DNA of 64,000 nt, taken from Azolla caroliniana. Lineage: Eukaryota > Plantae > Polypodiophyta. Location of the stretch: the NCBI GenBank assembly GCA_043228905.1, contig JBHGNT010000020.1, positions 15,624,001 to 15,688,000 of the forward strand, given 5' to 3'. Below, piece by piece: positions 60,301 to 64,000 of this stretch. Position 1 is the stretch's first letter. Each line of letters starts with the position of its first letter. A program made the translations under genes and the position numbers. Below the pieces are notes generated by a model, which did not search any database, was not told the DNA's origin, and saw only the letters and a list, made by a program, of their open reading frames with translations.

Positions 60301-63300
60301 TTGTGTTCAAACATGCGAATCGAAGCTAACAAAGCTAGCTATGATATGGAATTAAAAAATTAGGATTTTGAAGCTCAGGTCGACAGACATGAAGAAATTA
60401 GCAAATTTGAGGAGGGAGTTGAGAAGAGCCTGTGAGTAAATTAAAATGTTCATACATGGCTTGTGTGATATCGGATTTTTGTGTTCAAACATGCGTATCG
60501 ATGCTCACAACGCTAGCTATGATAAGCAATTAAAAAATCAAGATTTTGAAACTCAGGTAGAGAGACATGAAGAAATTAGCAAATTTGAGGATGGACTCGA
60601 GAAGAGCCCGTGAGTAAATTAAAATGGTCATACCTGGCTCCTGTGATATCAGATTTCTGTGTTCAAAGATGCGAATCGAAGCTAACAAAGCTAGCTATCA
60701 TATGGAATTAAAAAATCAAGATTTTGAATCTCAAAACGAGGGAAATAAAGAAATTAGCAAATTTAAGGAGGGAGTTGAGAAGAGCCCGTGATTAAATTAA
60801 AATGTTCATACCTGGCTCGTGTGAAATTGGATTTTTCTGTTCATACATTCGAATCGAAGCTAAAAGTTCTAGCTATGATACGGAATGAAAAAATCAAGAT
60901 TTTGAATCTCAGATCGAGAGAAATAAAGAAATTAGCAAATTTGAGGAGGGAGTGGAGAAGAGCCCGGGAGTAAATTAAAAAGGTCATACCTGGCTCGTCT
61001 GATATCGGATTTTTGTGTTCAAACATGCGAATCGAAGCTAACAAAGCTAGCTATGATATGGAATTAAAAAATTACGATTTTAAAGCTCAGGTCGAGAGAC
61101 ATGAAGAAATGAGCAAATTTGAGGAGGGAGTTGAGAAGAGCTTGTGAGTAAATTAAAATGTTCATACATGGCTTGTGTGATATCGGATTTTTGTGTTAAA
61201 ACATGTGTATGGAAGCTCACAACGCTAGCTATGATAAGCAATTAAAAAATCAATATTTTGAAACTCAGGTCGAGAGACATGAAGAAATTAGTAAATTTGA
61301 GGATGGACTCGAGAAGAGCCCGTGAGTAAATTAAAATGGTCATACCTGGCTCGTATGATATCGGATTTTTGTGTTCAAAGATGCAAATCGAAGCTAACAA
61401 AGCTAGCTATGTTATGGAATTAAAAAATCAAGATTTTGAAATTCCGGTCGACAGACATGAAAAATTAGCAAATTTGAGGAGGGAGTTGAGAAGAGCCCGT
61501 GAGTAAATTAAAATGGTCATACCTGGCTCGTCTGATATCAGATTTTTGTGTTCAAACATGCGGAACGAAGCTAACAAAGCTAGGTATGATATGGGATTAA
61601 AAAATTAAAATTTTGAAGCTCAGGTCGAGAGACATGAAGAAATTAGCAAATTTGAGGAGGGAGTTGAGAAGACCTTGTGAGTAAATTAAAATGTTCATAC
61701 ATGGCTTGTGTGATATCGGATGTTTGTGTTGAAACATGCGAATCGAAGCTAACAAAGCTCGCGATGATATGGAATTAAAAAATCAAGATTTTGAAACTCC
61801 GATCGAAGGACACGAAGAAATTAGCAAATTTGAGGAGGGACTTGAGAAGAGCCCGTGAGTAAATTAAAATGGTCATACCAAGTTCCTGTGATATCGGATT
61901 TCTGTGTTCAAATATGCAAATCGAAGCTAACAAAGCTAACTATGATATGGAATTAAAAAATCAAGATTTTGACACTCAGGTTGAGAGACATGAAGAAATT
62001 AGCAAATTTGAGGAGGGAGTTGAGAAGAGCCCGTGATTAAATTAAAATGTTCATACCTTTCTCGTGTGATATCGGATTTTTGTGTTCAAATATGCAAATC
62101 GAAGCTAACAAAGCTAGCTATGATATGGAATTAAAAAAACAAGAATTTGAAACTCACGTCGAGTGAAATGACGAAATTAGAAAATTTGAGGAGTGAGTTT
62201 ATAAGAGACATGAAGAGACATGGAATTAAAATGTTCATACCTGGCTCGTGTGATATCGGATTTTTGTGTTCAAACATGCGTACCGAAGCTAAGATTGCTA
62301 GCTATGTTATGGAATTAAAAAATCAAGATTTTGAATCTAAGGTCGAGAGACATGAAGAAATTAGTAAATTTGAGGAGGGACATGAGAAGAGCCCGTGAGT
62401 AAAGTAAAATGTTCATACCTGGCTCGTGTAATATCGGATTTTTGTGTTCAAATATGCAAATCGAAGCTAACAAAGCTAGCTATGATATAGAATTAAAAAA
62501 TCAAGATTTTGAAACTCAGGTCAAGAGACATGAAGAAATTAGCAAATTTGAGGATGGACTCGAGAAGAGCCTGTGAGTAAATTAAAATGGTCATACCTGG
62601 CTAGTGTGATATCGGATTTTTGTGTTCAAACATGCGTATTGAAACTCACGACGCTAGCTATGATAAGCAATTAAAAAATCAAGATTTTGAAACTCAGGTC
62701 GAGAGACATGAAGAAATTAGCAAATTTGAGGATGGACTCGAGAAGAGCCTGTGAGTAAATTAAAATGGTCATACCTGGCTATGATATGGAATTAAAAAAT
62801 TTAAGATTTTGAAGCTCAGGTCGAGAGACATGAAGAAATTAGCAAATTTGAGGAGGGAGTTGAGAAGAGCCTGTGAGTAAATTAAAATGTTCATACATGG
62901 GTTGTGGGATATCGTCTTTTTGTGCTAAAACATGCGTATGGAAGCTCACAACGCTAGATATGATAAGCAATTAAAAAATCCAGATTTTGAAACTCAGGTC
63001 GAGAGACATGAAGAAATTAGCAAATTGGAGGATGGACTCGAGAAGAGCCTGTGAGTAAATTAAAATGTTCATACCTGGCTATTATATGGAATTAAAAAAT
63101 TAAGATTTTGAAGCTCAGGTCGAGAGACATGAGGAAATTAGCAGATTTGAGGAGGGAGTTGAGAAGAGCTTGTGAGTAAATTATAATGTTCATACATGGC
63201 TTGTGTGATATCGGATTTTTGTGTTAAAACATGCGTATGGAAGCTCACAACGCTAGATATGATAAGCAATTAAAAAATCAAGATTTTGAAACTCAGGTCG

Positions 63301-64000
63301 AGAGACATGAAGAAATTAGCAAATATGAGGATGGACTCGAGAAGAGCCTGTGAGTAAATTAAAATGTTCATACATGGCTCATGTGATATCGGATTTTTGT
63401 GTTCAAACATTCAAATCGAAGGTAACAAAGCTAGCTATGATATGGAATTAAAAAATCAAGATTTTGAAACTCAGGTTGGGAGACATGAAGAAATTAGCAA
63501 ATTTGAGGAGGGACATGAGAAGAGCCTGTGAGTAAATTAAAATGTTCATACCTGGCTCGTTTGATATCGGATTTTTGTGTTCAAACATGTGTATTGAAAC
63601 TCACAACGCTAGAAAAAGTTTTGGTTCTTTGTCTATTCATATCCGCCGGCATCTGGCTTTTTTTACAAGTCAGCAACAGAATTCATGACTTCATTGATTC
63701 GCGCTAACATTTCTAAAAATGTAATGGATAACTTAGGAAATTTTTTTTTAGCTTCGGATCCAACTTCTGTCCAATAAAAGCCTATGGTAAGCAGTTAAAA
63801 AATCAAGATTTTGAAACTCAGGTCGAGAGACATGAAGAAATTAGCAAATTTGAGGAGGGACTTGAGAAGAGCCCGTGAGTAAATTAAAATGGTCATACCA
63901 AGTTCCTGTGATATCGGATTTCTGTGTTCAAATATGCAAATCGAAGCTAACAAAGCTAGCTATGATATGGAATTAAAAAAACAAGGTTTTGAAACATAGG
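45325..64000. repeat. ~178-bp tandem satellite array, about 105 head-to-tail monomers, running off the right edge
   Basis: Anchor gagagacatg recurs at 45341, 45519, 45697 and onward; consensus gaaactcaggtcgagagacatgaagaa...tgaggaggg...gtgagtaaat.aaaatgttcatacctggctcgtgtgatatcggatttttgtgttcaaacatgcgaatcgaagctaac...gctagctatgatatggaatt.aaaaatca.gatttt. Confidence 0.98.
63613..63781. other. 169-bp non-satellite insert within a monomer
   Basis: Monomer breaks at ...cacaacgctag and resumes at ctatggtaagc...; no TSD seen. Confidence 0.85.

Noticed and set aside
45411-62398. Dozens of similar 60-150 aa ORFs (MFEHKNPISHEPGMNIFIYS...) resembling a peptide gene family
   Set aside because: They are translations of the satellite; 178 is not a multiple of 3, so frames shift in each monomer, and no gene structure is evident.
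45325-64000. Satellite as a 5S rDNA, tRNA or snRNA array
   Set aside because: No recognisable 5S, tRNA or snRNA sequence in the monomer.

Overview
Eukaryotic, repeat-dominated window from a land plant. The element lineages suggest a non-seed plant such as a bryophyte or lycophyte (inference). Positions 1-43 kb are a jumble of LTR retrotransposons: a patchwork of fragments at 1-4.6 kb, then two three-level nests with the same layout (old Copia > Ty3/gypsy > young Copia with an intact ORF) at 4594-19803 and about 28076-42930, resolved by LTRs, PBS, PPT and TSDs. An AT-rich interval at 21.7-28 kb holds a (CCCTAA)n tract and a candidate 89-aa orphan gene. At 43-45.2 kb lie intron-containing fragments of two unrelated host genes (TRAPPC5, ITPA). 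From about 45325 to the end runs a ~178-bp tandem satellite (about 105 monomers) with distinct sequence strata, higher-order repeats and one foreign 169-bp insert, so the window resembles a (peri)centromere or heterochromatin edge. Top leads: a Tf1-type self-priming LTR with a four-unit heat-shock element, a 55-bp hairpin-only LTR, a fungal-like gypsy element with a tRNA-Trp PBS, 4-bp TSD and a -1 slippery site, the captured gene fragments, and the satellite architecture. All alignments and counts were done by eye.
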